Shown: piece after piece, positions 30,782 through 39,987 of the stretch
Numbering within the stretch: the stretch's first letter is position 1
How the letters are laid out: every line of letters starts with the position of its first letter
NCBI GenBank assembly: GCA_965216205.1
Contig: OZ244139.1
Coordinates: 2,331,152-2,395,151, forward strand
DNA length: 64,000 nucleotides
Origin: Acidimicrobiales bacterium
GTDB taxonomy: Bacteria; Actinomycetota; Acidimicrobiia; Acidimicrobiales; SZUA-35
Reading direction: 5' to 3'
Program-made: the position numbers and the translations under genes
Notes under the pieces: generated by a model
What the model was told of the DNA's origin: nothing
Seen by the model: only the letters and a program-made list of their open reading frames with translations
The model's database searches: none

Positions 30782-31638
30782 CCCCGTCAGTGTCGGTGAT
30801 CATGCCCGTCGGTGGTGTCGACCGGTACCTGCCGCTCCAGCTCGATGCGCTGCAGCGGCAGCGCCATGCCGAGCGGTGGGAGCTGGTGATCTCGCTCAAC
30901 AGCGGCGAGCCGGGGGAGCGGTCATCGCTCCGGGCGCTGCTCGCGAGTCGACGCTCGCTCCCGGCCCGAGTCGTCGTGGCCGACGAGGCGAGGAGCGCCT
31001 CGTACGCCCGCAATGTCGGTGCCACAGCCGCCAGCGCCGACCGGCTCGTGTTCTGTGACGGCGACGACATCGCCGATGGGGACTGGCTGCGCGAGATCGT
31101 CGCCGCGCTCGATGGTGCCGAGGCGGTGGGCGGTCACCTCGCCGAGGAGCTGTTGGCCATCCCCGGCCAGTACCGATGGCGGCCACCGGCCACGCCGGGG
31201 GCCCTTCCCACCTTTCTCGGGCATCCCTATCTCGTCAGCGCCAACATGGGTCTCCGTCGCGCTGCGTTCGAGCTGGTCGGTGGTTTCGACACCGACCTCG
31301 TGCGGGGCGAGGACATCGCCCTCTCCTGGGAGTTGACCGACCGGGGGATCGAGCTCGCCTACGCCCCGAAGGCGATCGTGCACTACCGCCACCGCCAGGG
31401 ACTCGTCCCCATGATGAAGCAGCACTACCTGTACGGCCGGGGCTTCAGCCAACTCCTGGCCCGGCGCGGCGTCCCCGGTGCTGGGAGCACGACCGGCCTC
31501 CGCGCCCTCCGACCGAACGGGCAACCCGTTGCACACAAGGGACTCGTCCACCTCCTCCGCCGCGGCTCGATCGCCACCGGTCGGCTCGTCGGCCTGATCG
31601 AGCAGCGGCGGGCCGACCGGCTCCTCACCGGCCCCTAG
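30775..31638 (+). CDS. Glycosyltransferase family 2
   Basis: VSVIMPV......L...L.AL..Q and a DGDD DxD motif. The GTG at 30775/30778 overlaps the upstream stop. Confidence 0.8.
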   Translation: MVTPSVSVIMPVGGVDRYLPLQLDALQRQRHAERWELVISLNSGEPGERSSLRALLASRRSLPARVVVADEARSASYARNVGATAASADRLVFCDGDDIADGDWLREIVAALDGAEAVGGHLAEELLAIPGQYRWRPPATPGALPTFLGHPYLVSANMGLRRAAFELVGGFDTDLVRGEDIALSWELTDRGIELAYAPKAIVHYRHRQGLVPMMKQHYLYGRGFSQLLARRGVPGAGSTTGLRALRPNGQPVAHKGLVHLLRRGSIATGRLVGLIEQRRADRLLTGP

Positions 31639-31647
31639 GAGCACAAC

Positions 31648-33396
31648 ATGGAACTGTCGTTCGTCATCTCTGCACTGCGTCGCCGCTTCTGGGTGGTGAC
31701 CCTCTTCGCCCTCCTCGGCTCGATTCCCGGCCTGCGGGTCGATCCAGCCGCCAGCACCGACTACCGCGCGACGGCGATCCTCCTCGTCCAGCCACCGACC
31801 CGCACGAACATCAACGTGTTCTCGTCGGACCCGGACCGCTACGTCGTCAGCCAGCTCAGCGTGCTGGAGAGCGAATCGTTGGCGCAGCGCGTCGCCGATC
31901 GCATCACCGTCGAGTTCGCCGAGCCGATCAGTGTCGCCGCGCTCGGCGTGCTCGTCGAGATCGAGCACAAGCCCCAGACCGACATCGTCGAGGTGACGAC
32001 CACGATCGACGATCCACAGAAGGCGGCCGCGATCTCCCAGGCCTACGTGGAGCTCTACGTGGAGGGGTTGGCCACGACCGACGAGGATGCCGAGCAGCGG
32101 GCCGACCTCGAGCAACGCGCGCAGGCGCTGGAGAATCGTCTCGACTCGCTCGACCAGCGATTGCAGGAGGCGATGGCCGGTCATCTCCCGCGCCGCGGCG
32201 ATCTGACGCCGGACCCGATTCCGCCAGCCGACGCGGTCGACCCGTCGGCGGTGTCGCAGCGTCAGCTCGTGCAGGCCGAGCTCCTCCAGCTCATCGGCCA
32301 GCTCAACGATCTCGATCTGCAGTCGCGTCTCCGGGTGAACACCGAGATCATCTCCAACGCGTCGGTCCCATCGCAGCCGGTTCCCCCCGGCGGGAACTTC
32401 CTCCTGGCCGGCGGTCTCGTCGGAGGGCTCATGGCGGGGGTCGTCCTGGCGCTGGCGTGGGCCCGGTTCTCGCCGAAGGTCCTCGACGAGGAGACCGCAG
32501 GCGAGATCCTCGGGGCGCCGGTCGTGTCGGCCATCCCCCACTACCGCTCACTCGCCCGCAACCCGCTGGCGGCATTCCGCTCGCTGCCTCGATCGGCCGT
32601 CCCGATGGTCGATCAGCTCTGTGTGCGGGCCGAGGCCCTGGCCAGGATGGGCGAGCCGCTCGTGGTGGCGGTCACCGGCACGATGCGGAGTGCCGGCGCG
32701 ACCACGCTCACGCTCGCCATGGCGGAGCGGTTCGCCGTCGGTGGGGCATCGGTGGTGGTCGTCGACGCCGATGTGCGGGACCCCCGCGTCACCGCAGTGT
32801 TCAACGCCGCAGGCGACGGTGGCGTACCGACGGTGATCGCCACCGACGGGGCGCTGGTCGACCTCCGGGGTCGATCCGTGTTCACCAGGACGGCGGATCC
32901 GGCGGTGCGCGTCCTCGGTCTCGGTCCGAGCCGCGGGGCGGCGGCCCTCCGCCGCGACACCGTTCCGACCGTTCTGCAGGCCGCCAAGCGAGAGGCCGAG
33001 ATCGTCGTCGTCGACGGCGGACCGGTCCTCGATCTCGCCTCGACCCTCCAGATCGCCGCTGTGGCCGACGCCGTGGTGCTCGCCGTGCCGCTCGCCAGAC
33101 AGCGGGTCGACCCGCTTGCCGACTTGGCCCGCCAGCTCGAAGGGGTCCAGCCGAACCTGCTCCCGATCGTCACCTCGCCCTCGCGGCGCCCAGCCCGGGG
33201 CAACGTTGTTCGCGCCGATGGGGCGATCGCCGATGTCGACGACGCCCGGGTCGTACCGGCCGACTCCCGTGAGGACGAGGGCGGCGGCGCGCAGACGAAG
33301 GCGATCGCGTCATCGGCGAGAGGCGGAGCCGCCGGTCGAGCTGGCGAAGGCGTGGACACGATCCGGCCGATCGCCGAAACGTCGGGTCGTCGGTAG
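31648..33396 (+). CDS. Polysaccharide co-polymerase (Wzz domain) fused to a degenerate, probably kinase-dead, BY-kinase-like ATPase domain
   Basis: N-terminal Wzz-type TM plus coiled-coil periplasmic region and a second TM. ATPase-like region VAVTGTMRSAGATTL...VVVVDADVRDP...IVVVDGGPVL. The Walker A Lys position is Ala, and there is no C-terminal Tyr cluster. AGGAG Shine-Dalgarno. Confidence 0.75.
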   Translation: MELSFVISALRRRFWVVTLFALLGSIPGLRVDPAASTDYRATAILLVQPPTRTNINVFSSDPDRYVVSQLSVLESESLAQRVADRITVEFAEPISVAALGVLVEIEHKPQTDIVEVTTTIDDPQKAAAISQAYVELYVEGLATTDEDAEQRADLEQRAQALENRLDSLDQRLQEAMAGHLPRRGDLTPDPIPPADAVDPSAVSQRQLVQAELLQLIGQLNDLDLQSRLRVNTEIISNASVPSQPVPPGGNFLLAGGLVGGLMAGVVLALAWARFSPKVLDEETAGEILGAPVVSAIPHYRSLARNPLAAFRSLPRSAVPMVDQLCVRAEALARMGEPLVVAVTGTMRSAGATTLTLAMAERFAVGGASVVVVDADVRDPRVTAVFNAAGDGGVPTVIATDGALVDLRGRSVFTRTADPAVRVLGLGPSRGAAALRRDTVPTVLQAAKREAEIVVVDGGPVLDLASTLQIAAVADAVVLAVPLARQRVDPLADLARQLEGVQPNLLPIVTSPSRRPARGNVVRADGAIADVDDARVVPADSREDEGGGAQTKAIASSARGGAAGRAGEGVDTIRPIAETSGRR

Positions 33397-33407
33397 GGTT
33401 TCGTTCC

Positions 33408-34202
33408 ATGACCATGCCCGACCCATCCGAGGTGCCTGTCGTCGTCCTGTGCGGTGGGCAGGGGACCCGAATCCGCGAGGCGTCCGAGAAGCTGCCGAAA
33501 CCGCTGATCAACATCGGTTCGCAACCGATCCTCTGGCACATCATGAAGATGTACGGGAGCTTCGGGTTCCGCCGGTTCGTCCTGTGCCTCGGTTACAAGG
33601 CCTGGAACATCAAGGAGTACTTCCTGCAGTACGAGAACATGATGTCGGACCTCACGCTCGAGCTCGGCAAGGCTCCCCGCTACCGGCAACGGGCGTCGCT
33701 CGACGACTGGGAGGTGTCGCTCATCGAGACCGGCATGGACACCGGTACCGGCGGGCGCCTCGCTGAGGTCAAGCCCCTCCTCGACAACGACTATTTCATG
33801 GTCACCTACGGCGACGGGGTCGGCAACGTGGACCTCGGCCGGGAGCTGGCGACACTCGCCGAGTCGGACCTGGTCGGCCTGGTCACCGGCGTCCACCCCA
33901 CATCCCGGTACGGGGAGCTCGGGGTGGTCGACGATCGCGTGATCAACTTCGCCGAGAAACCGCCGTCGGAGGCATGGGTGTCCGGCGGCTTCTTCGCCTT
34001 CCGGCGCAGCTTCCTCGACTACGTGCCCGACGACGACCCGGCACACCTGCTCGAGCGGGAGCCGCTGCAAGCGGTCAGCAGGGAGAAGCAGTTGGGCCTG
34101 TTCCCCCACACCGGGTTCTGGATGGGGATGGACACCTTCCGGGAGTACACCGCTCTCAACGAGATGTGGGCTGCCGGAGAGGCGCCCTGGAAGATGTGGT
34201 GA
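33408..34202 (+). CDS. rfbF: Glucose-1-phosphate cytidylyltransferase
   Basis: VVLCGGQGTRIRE.SE.LPKPL..IG..PILWHIMK.Y...G...F.LCLGYK...IKEYF is the RfbF signature as I recall it. Confidence 0.88.
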   Translation: MTMPDPSEVPVVVLCGGQGTRIREASEKLPKPLINIGSQPILWHIMKMYGSFGFRRFVLCLGYKAWNIKEYFLQYENMMSDLTLELGKAPRYRQRASLDDWEVSLIETGMDTGTGGRLAEVKPLLDNDYFMVTYGDGVGNVDLGRELATLAESDLVGLVTGVHPTSRYGELGVVDDRVINFAEKPPSEAWVSGGFFAFRRSFLDYVPDDDPAHLLEREPLQAVSREKQLGLFPHTGFWMGMDTFREYTALNEMWAAGEAPWKMW

Positions 34203-35766
34203 CCTCACCCTCGGTCTGAGGCGCTGACGCCATCCGGTCGCGGATGTCGACCACGATGTCCTCGGTCGCAGCGAAACCGCTGGGCGAGCGCCGCTCCTGC
34301 TGCTCATCGCTGTTGGCGACGCCGTCGGTGGCCGCCACCGACCGGAAACGCCGAAGGGGCAGGAGGGCAAGGCTCACGAGAACCTGCTCCGCCGTGGCCA
34401 GCAGGATCCGGAGATCGAGCGAGATCGTCCAGTTCTCGACGTAGTGGAGGTCGAGCCGGCGGTACGCATTGAACGACGCGTTGGAGCGGGCCTCCACCTG
34501 CCAGAGGCCGGTGATGCCGGGCCGAACCTCGAACCGGTCGCGCAGCTCCTCGTCGAAGGCCGCCTCCTCCTCGGGCAGGGCCGGGCGGGGACCGACGAGG
34601 CTCATGTCACCCTTGAGCACGTTGATGAGCTGCGGGAGCTCGTCGATCGATGTCTCCCGGATGACTCGGCCGACCCGGGTGATGCGAGGATCGTTCGACA
34701 GCTTGAACAGCGGACCGGTCCGTTCGTTGTCGTCGGCGAGCTCCTGCTTCTGCGCGTCGGCGTCGGTCACCATCGACCGGAACTTGTGCATCCGGAAGAA
34801 CTGACCCCGTCGGCCCGCCCGTGGGCTGGAGTAGGTCACCGGTCCGCGATCCTCCAACCAGATCAGCCCTGCCGTCGCCAGCATGATCGGTGAGGCTACG
34901 AGCAGGACTATCGACGCGCCGGCGACGTCGATCCACCGCTTCACCCAGCGGTGCGACCGCCGAATCCCGTTCCGCTCCATCAGGATCAGCGGTTCGTGTG
35001 ACAACGACCGAACGCCGAAGCGCCCTTCCCCCATGCGGCTGACCCCCGTGGTGAGGTGCACGTCGTAACCGGAACGGAACAGCTCCCGGGTGATCTCCCG
35101 GAACTGCTCACCTCGGAAGCCGTTCGCAGTGACGATCGCGCTCGTCACGCCGTGGGAGCGCATCAGCTCGATCAAGCGACCTGTCGGACCGATCCAGCGA
35201 TCGACGAGACCCGAGCGCTCAGCGACGGCCAGGTTGCCGACGACGCCGGCCAGGCGGAACTTCGCCTCCGGGTGGTCGACGATCAGCTCCGCCAGTTCCC
35301 GGGCCTCGTCGCCGGTGCCGACGATGACGACCCGCTCGGGGGCGACACCCCCGGCCAGCTCCTGCGACAACGCCCGGACCAGGCCCCGACCGAGCATTCG
35401 GCCACCGAAGACGAGCGCAGCGCCGAGGATGATCTCGGTGGCCCCGATGTGCCAGTCGGTGAACGCGGCGAAGATCGCGAGAGCGGACGCCCCGGTGCCC
35501 ACCGCGACGAACACCCGTGAGATCTCGTCGGTGCGCGGCAGGGCCGGTTGGCCGGCGTAGAGGCCTCGGCGGTGTGTCACCGCGATCGTGGCGATCGTGG
35601 CGACCGCGGTCATCACCAGCGAGCGGGCATCGGAGCGCCGGAGCTGGTCGGTGATGTTCGTGGCGACGAGAATCACCGCCCACAGACCGAAGACGATCGC
35701 GACGTCGACCAGCAACTGCCCGTGGTGACGAAACGAGACCCGCGTTCGGGCAAACGATCTGATCAT
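34156..35766 (-). CDS. Large polyprenyl-phosphate hexose-1-phosphate transferase (WbaP/EpsB-type priming enzyme)
   Basis: Multi-TM N-terminus, central Rossmann-like domain, and C-terminal Bac_transf core (KFRSM...GPLFKL.NDPR.TRVGR..R..S.DELPQL.NVL.G.MSLVGPRP). Confidence 0.9.
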   Translation of the reverse strand: MIRSFARTRVSFRHHGQLLVDVAIVFGLWAVILVATNITDQLRRSDARSLVMTAVATIATIAVTHRRGLYAGQPALPRTDEISRVFVAVGTGASALAIFAAFTDWHIGATEIILGAALVFGGRMLGRGLVRALSQELAGGVAPERVVIVGTGDEARELAELIVDHPEAKFRLAGVVGNLAVAERSGLVDRWIGPTGRLIELMRSHGVTSAIVTANGFRGEQFREITRELFRSGYDVHLTTGVSRMGEGRFGVRSLSHEPLILMERNGIRRSHRWVKRWIDVAGASIVLLVASPIMLATAGLIWLEDRGPVTYSSPRAGRRGQFFRMHKFRSMVTDADAQKQELADDNERTGPLFKLSNDPRITRVGRVIRETSIDELPQLINVLKGDMSLVGPRPALPEEEAAFDEELRDRFEVRPGITGLWQVEARSNASFNAYRRLDLHYVENWTISLDLRILLATAEQVLVSLALLPLRRFRSVAATDGVANSDEQQERRSPSGFAATEDIVVDIRDRMASAPQTEGEVTTSSRAPLRQPTSR

Positions 35767-35934
35767 GCGGTTGCGCTCGTTCCTTGGCCCCGACGAGTAG
35801 TCCTTTCTACCAGATGCCGCTGCTGAAACCGGTTGGGCCCCGTGGGGTGAGGCGATCTACCCACATCGCCCTCGTCCATGCTCGTGATGAGGGCGAACTC
35901 GGCGTCCCCGTTCACGTCGTTCACGGGCTCGTGC

Positions 35935-37641
35935 TCACAGGGTCGCCGACTCCGGCGAGCCGTGGGCCTGGCGGAGATCGACGATGCCCTCGGGCTTCCG
36001 GCTGCGGCGTCCCCGGCTCGACTCGTCGCTCGGCTCGTACCGCTCGTAGGAGCCGTATCGATCGGTCTCGCTGGTACCGGTCAGACAGACGCCGATGACG
36101 TTCGCTCCCACCTGATGGAGATGTTCCAGCGTGCTGGCGAGCCGGTCCTTCGTCGTCGAACCGGCCTTGGCCACCACCAGGACCGCGTCGACCCGGCGAC
36201 TGATCGAGAGCGCATCCGAGACCGGTAGGACGGGAGGAGCGTCGAGCACGACCAGATCCGCCTCGGATTCGATCGTCTTGATCAGATCGGCGAAGGCGGG
36301 GGAGGCCACGAAATCACCGGGGCTCGGGGGTTGTGTCCCGGTCGGGATCACGATCAGGTTTCGACTGCCGTGCTCGTCGACCCGGAGCGCCACCTGGTTC
36401 AGCGGTGTGCCGTGGAGCAGGTTGTCGGCCAGACCCGGTGACTGCGAACAGTTGAACACCTCGTGGATTCGAGGCCGACGGAAGTCGACGTCGACGAGGG
36501 CGACCCGTTGGTCGACGGCGCTGAGCGCCCACGACAGGTTGGTCGCCAGCGTCGACTTGCCCTCGGCCTGGTTGGGACTGGTGACGAGGATCGAGTTGAT
36601 CGGCTGGGCGAGCTGCGAGAACTCGATCGCGGTGCGGATCTTCTGGTACGCCTCGGCCACGGGCGTGCCGGTGTAGCGCATCGTCGCCAGCGGGAGCTCG
36701 GCCTCCGGCAGGTGTCGCCCGGGTCCCGGGATGCCACCGATGACCGGCACGCCGAGGCTTGCGAGATCCTCGGATGTCTTGATCGTGCGGTCCAGGTTCT
36801 CGGCGAGGAGCGCCGCAGCCGCCCCGATGATGAGCCCCACGATCACCGCAAGGGTGAGGTTCCGGGCCAACGAGGCGTTGTCCGGCTGTTGCGGTGGCGC
36901 CGCGACCTGGACGATCTGGGCGGTTCCGGTTGCCGCCAGGCGGCTCGTCAGCTCGAGGTTCGTGATGTTCTGGGCGACGGCCTGGGCCCGGGCGTCGAGC
37001 AGGTCGAGCTCGGGGTCGAGGTCGGCCTGGAGCCGGCTGACCTGCACCTCCAGTGCGGCACGGTTCTCTTCCGTCGGCGCCCGGGCGAGCCGATCCTCCA
37101 GGTCGTCCAGCGGGGCGCGGAGCTCCTGGCGCTCGATCCGGAGCGCCGCGAGGTCCGCCTCGAAGCCCTCAACTGCGTCATCGATGCTGCGGCTCGCCTC
37201 ACGGCGCTTGGTCTCGACATAGACCTGGGCCCAGGTGTTGGCGCCTGCTGCCGCATCGTCGGCGGTGCCGGCGGTCGCCGTGAACCGGATCGCGTCCGAC
37301 GTCTCGTGGGCGGTGATCTCGACATCGGGCTCGTCGCCGAGCTGCTCGATCACCTCCTGTCGGACCACGTCGCTCAGGGCGAGGTCGACCTCGTTCGACA
37401 ACTCCCGCGTCGCCGCCAGATTGCTGGTGTAGAGCCCGCCCTGGATGGCCTCCTGGGCTGCCGAGTTGCCGAGACTCACCTGGGCGGTGGCCGAGTAGCG
37501 ATCGTCCGAGCGCAGGCTGACGAGGACGGCGAGCGCAACGATCGTGACCAGGGCGACCGCCACGAGAAGCCATCGCCTCCGAAGGATGTGCAGGTAGTCG
37601 GTGAGCTCGAGCTCGTCGTCGTGGCGAACGTCGAGGGTCAT
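35935..37641 (-). CDS. Polysaccharide co-polymerase / BY tyrosine autokinase (Wzc-like), intact
   Basis: Wzz N-terminus (YLHILRRRWLLV). Walker A SPNQAEGKST, Walker A-prime VALVDVDFRRP, Walker B LVVLDAPPV, and C-terminal Tyr cluster DRYGSYERYE. The ATG at 37641 was chosen because the upstream ORF extension is Arg/Ser/Pro junk. Confidence 0.9.
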   Translation of the reverse strand: MTLDVRHDDELELTDYLHILRRRWLLVAVALVTIVALAVLVSLRSDDRYSATAQVSLGNSAAQEAIQGGLYTSNLAATRELSNEVDLALSDVVRQEVIEQLGDEPDVEITAHETSDAIRFTATAGTADDAAAGANTWAQVYVETKRREASRSIDDAVEGFEADLAALRIERQELRAPLDDLEDRLARAPTEENRAALEVQVSRLQADLDPELDLLDARAQAVAQNITNLELTSRLAATGTAQIVQVAAPPQQPDNASLARNLTLAVIVGLIIGAAAALLAENLDRTIKTSEDLASLGVPVIGGIPGPGRHLPEAELPLATMRYTGTPVAEAYQKIRTAIEFSQLAQPINSILVTSPNQAEGKSTLATNLSWALSAVDQRVALVDVDFRRPRIHEVFNCSQSPGLADNLLHGTPLNQVALRVDEHGSRNLIVIPTGTQPPSPGDFVASPAFADLIKTIESEADLVVLDAPPVLPVSDALSISRRVDAVLVVAKAGSTTKDRLASTLEHLHQVGANVIGVCLTGTSETDRYGSYERYEPSDESSRGRRSRKPEGIVDLRQAHGSPESATL

Positions 37642-37885
37642 GGCGTGCGGGTGCCGGCACCGGCTCGCACGTTGGCGGCGCGCACGTGGACGGACAGGGG
37701 GGGAGCAGCGGGGAACATTACTCTCCGGATTGCGGCGGGATGGCGGGGACCGACCGCGGATCGACGGGCACGTGGACGACCCAGGGCTGGCCGGGTGCAA
37801 CTCTAGGCGGCCCTGTCCGTGTTCCGTGCGGGCTCTTTCACTCAGCCGGCCCGGGGCAGGCGACGCGACACGGCAGACTGTCGCG

Positions 37886-38635
37886 ATGACTCGCCAGGAA
37901 CGGCCCGTTCGACGCTTTCGCCACCGAACCGGCCTCCGCCTGGCGGTCTCGGTGGCGATAGCGGCCGTCGCCGCAATCGTGACCTGGCTCGCGACCACTC
38001 CCGCCGGTGCCTCGGCTGAGCTCGACATGCGGGTGCTCGACGGTGAGGTGCGGTGGCCGTATCTGGAATCGTTCATCAAGGCGCAGGGCGGCTACCTGGA
38101 GGTGGTGACACTCGAGGAGATCACCAGCGTGACCGGGGTGGAGCTCGACGAGACGACCGCGATCACGGCAACGCTTCCGACCGGAGGTGCCAGCTTCACC
38201 CTGCAGGCGACGGCGCCCTCGGAGGACGAAGCGGTGGAAGCGGTGAAGGCCGCCGGGGATTGGCTCATCGAGCGGAACCTCGAAGCTCGCACGTTCGATC
38301 TCCGGGCCAAGGCGGACACGCTGGAGGCCTACCAGGCCGATCTCGAAGCCGGCATCGGCGAGATGGAGGCGGCCCTCGAGGCCGCCAGCGCGGAATCCGC
38401 CACGGCCGTACGAGTGGAGGAGGAGCTTCGACAGGCCGTGCAGATCTCGGCCGAGACCTCGGCCGAGATCGTCGATCTACGCACCGAGGAGCGCCACATG
38501 ATCAGCCCGATCGTCCCGGTCGGTCGCGCCCGTGCCCTCGAGGAGATCCAGCGACAGGGGGCGACTGCTGCCGCGACCGGATCGGGAGCTCTGCTGCTCG
38601 CGCTCGCAAGCACCGGGCGCCTTCGACGCCGATGA
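37886..38635 (+). CDS. Hypothetical bitopic membrane protein with PCP-like topology (TM, alpha/beta plus coiled coil, TM)
   Basis: TM at LRLAVSVAIAAVAAIVTWLA, E/A-rich coiled coil, and a C-terminal hydrophobic segment ending RLRRR. Its stop overlaps the start of the next gene (ATGA). Confidence 0.55.
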   Translation: MTRQERPVRRFRHRTGLRLAVSVAIAAVAAIVTWLATTPAGASAELDMRVLDGEVRWPYLESFIKAQGGYLEVVTLEEITSVTGVELDETTAITATLPTGGASFTLQATAPSEDEAVEAVKAAGDWLIERNLEARTFDLRAKADTLEAYQADLEAGIGEMEAALEAASAESATAVRVEEELRQAVQISAETSAEIVDLRTEERHMISPIVPVGRARALEEIQRQGATAAATGSGALLLALASTGRLRRR

Positions 38636-39987
38636 CGGCCCGGGTCGGACTCCTGACCCTTCTCATCGCGGCACCGTGCGCGGTGGCTGCCATCGACCTC
38701 GGCGAGCTCGGACTCGGCGAGCGCCAGGTGACCGCGCTGAGCCCCATCACCTGGGCGGTGGCAGTCGTTCCGCTGGCGGTCGTCGTCGACTGGTCGAGCG
38801 TGTGGAGAGCCCTGAACCGGACCGCATCGCTGGGGATGCTGCTCGGACTCGGCGCCTGGGCCACCATCCTCGTGCCGTTCGCGCCGAGCCCGGCTCGCTC
38901 GCTGGCTGCGACCGCGGCCTTCGCCGTGACGGCCGGTGGCGTGGTCGACCTCGCGGGCAGAAGCCGTGATCCGAGCGAGTTCGAGGCCCGGTTCGCCCAG
39001 GTCGTCCTGCAGACCTGGGTCGTCTTCATCGGGCTCTCGGCCGTGGCGTGGAGCATCGGCGGCGCCGATGTGATCCGCGAGTCCCGGCTGGCTCTCGCCG
39101 CGCCCGAAGCCAACCACCTCGCCCGCTTCGGCGCTTTGGCCGCAGTGGCGGGGCTCCATGTCGCGCTCACCCGGAGGGAGGGTTCGATCCGGGGCGCGGC
39201 GATCGTGCTCGCATCCTCGGGACTCGCCGGCGTGCTGGCTTCCGACTCCCGAACGGCCACCGTTGCGGTCTTCCTCGGTGGTGTCGTGCTCCTGGCCAGG
39301 TCGGGCCACTCCCGAACGGCGCTCGCTGCGATCGGCACCGCCTCGTTCGCCGTGGGCGCGCTGCTGGCGACGGGCCTGCTCGGCTCGCTGGCCGACGGTC
39401 TGCGGCGAACGGCGGACGACCCACTGGCGAACATCCTGGCTGCGAACGGACGGTCGGAGATCTGGACGCCGATCCTCGAGGTCGTCCGCGAGCGCCACTA
39501 CCTCGGTTCCGGCGTGGGTTCGGACCGGCAACTGATGCTCGAGCTGTTCGGGACCGGTCGGGTCTTCTGGCCGGCGGAACACACCCACAGCCTCATCCTG
39601 CACCTGCTGCTGGTGGTCGGGCTGCCGGGCGTGGTGCTGGTCGCGGGGTCCCTCGGGAGCGCCGCCCCACACCTCCTCCGGTCGACGCGCCTGGGGGTGA
39701 CGCTGGTGGTGGTCGTCCTGGTCGATGGCCTGTCCGAGGCGACGGTGTCGGCCCCGGAGGTCGCCTGGGCGGCTCTCGTGGCCGGCCTGGCGAGCACCCT
39801 GGTGGCTCCTGGCCCGCTCGCACCCGGTCCTGGGCAGTTAGCCTGTGCCGAGTGTTCCCGCCAAAGAGACGTTGCCCATGAGGTTCGAATTCGACGCGTC
39901 GTCAGCCGCCGAGCTCGGCTACCACCCCAGCGCCTGTCGAAGCGGCCATCGAAGCACTGGCCGCAACCGCTCGTGAACGATGCCTAG
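38632..39987 (+). CDS. O-antigen ligase/Wzy-family polytopic membrane protein, copy 1
   Basis: About 10-12 TM helices and a Wzy_C-like region (GSGVGSD.....WPAEHTHSLILHLLLVVGLPG). The C-terminal ~55 aa look non-membrane and have lower coding quality. Confidence 0.7.
   Translation: MTARVGLLTLLIAAPCAVAAIDLGELGLGERQVTALSPITWAVAVVPLAVVVDWSSVWRALNRTASLGMLLGLGAWATILVPFAPSPARSLAATAAFAVTAGGVVDLAGRSRDPSEFEARFAQVVLQTWVVFIGLSAVAWSIGGADVIRESRLALAAPEANHLARFGALAAVAGLHVALTRREGSIRGAAIVLASSGLAGVLASDSRTATVAVFLGGVVLLARSGHSRTALAAIGTASFAVGALLATGLLGSLADGLRRTADDPLANILAANGRSEIWTPILEVVRERHYLGSGVGSDRQLMLELFGTGRVFWPAEHTHSLILHLLLVVGLPGVVLVAGSLGSAAPHLLRSTRLGVTLVVVVLVDGLSEATVSAPEVAWAALVAGLASTLVAPGPLAPGPGQLACAECSRQRDVAHEVRIRRVVSRRARLPPQRLSKRPSKHWPQPLVNDA

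Noticed and set aside
37642-38079. 146-aa N-terminal extension of the BY-kinase ORF (35935-38079)
   Set aside because: The extension is Ser/Arg/Pro-rich and precedes the canonical Wzz N-terminus (MTLDV...YLHILRRRW). ATG at 37641 adopted instead.
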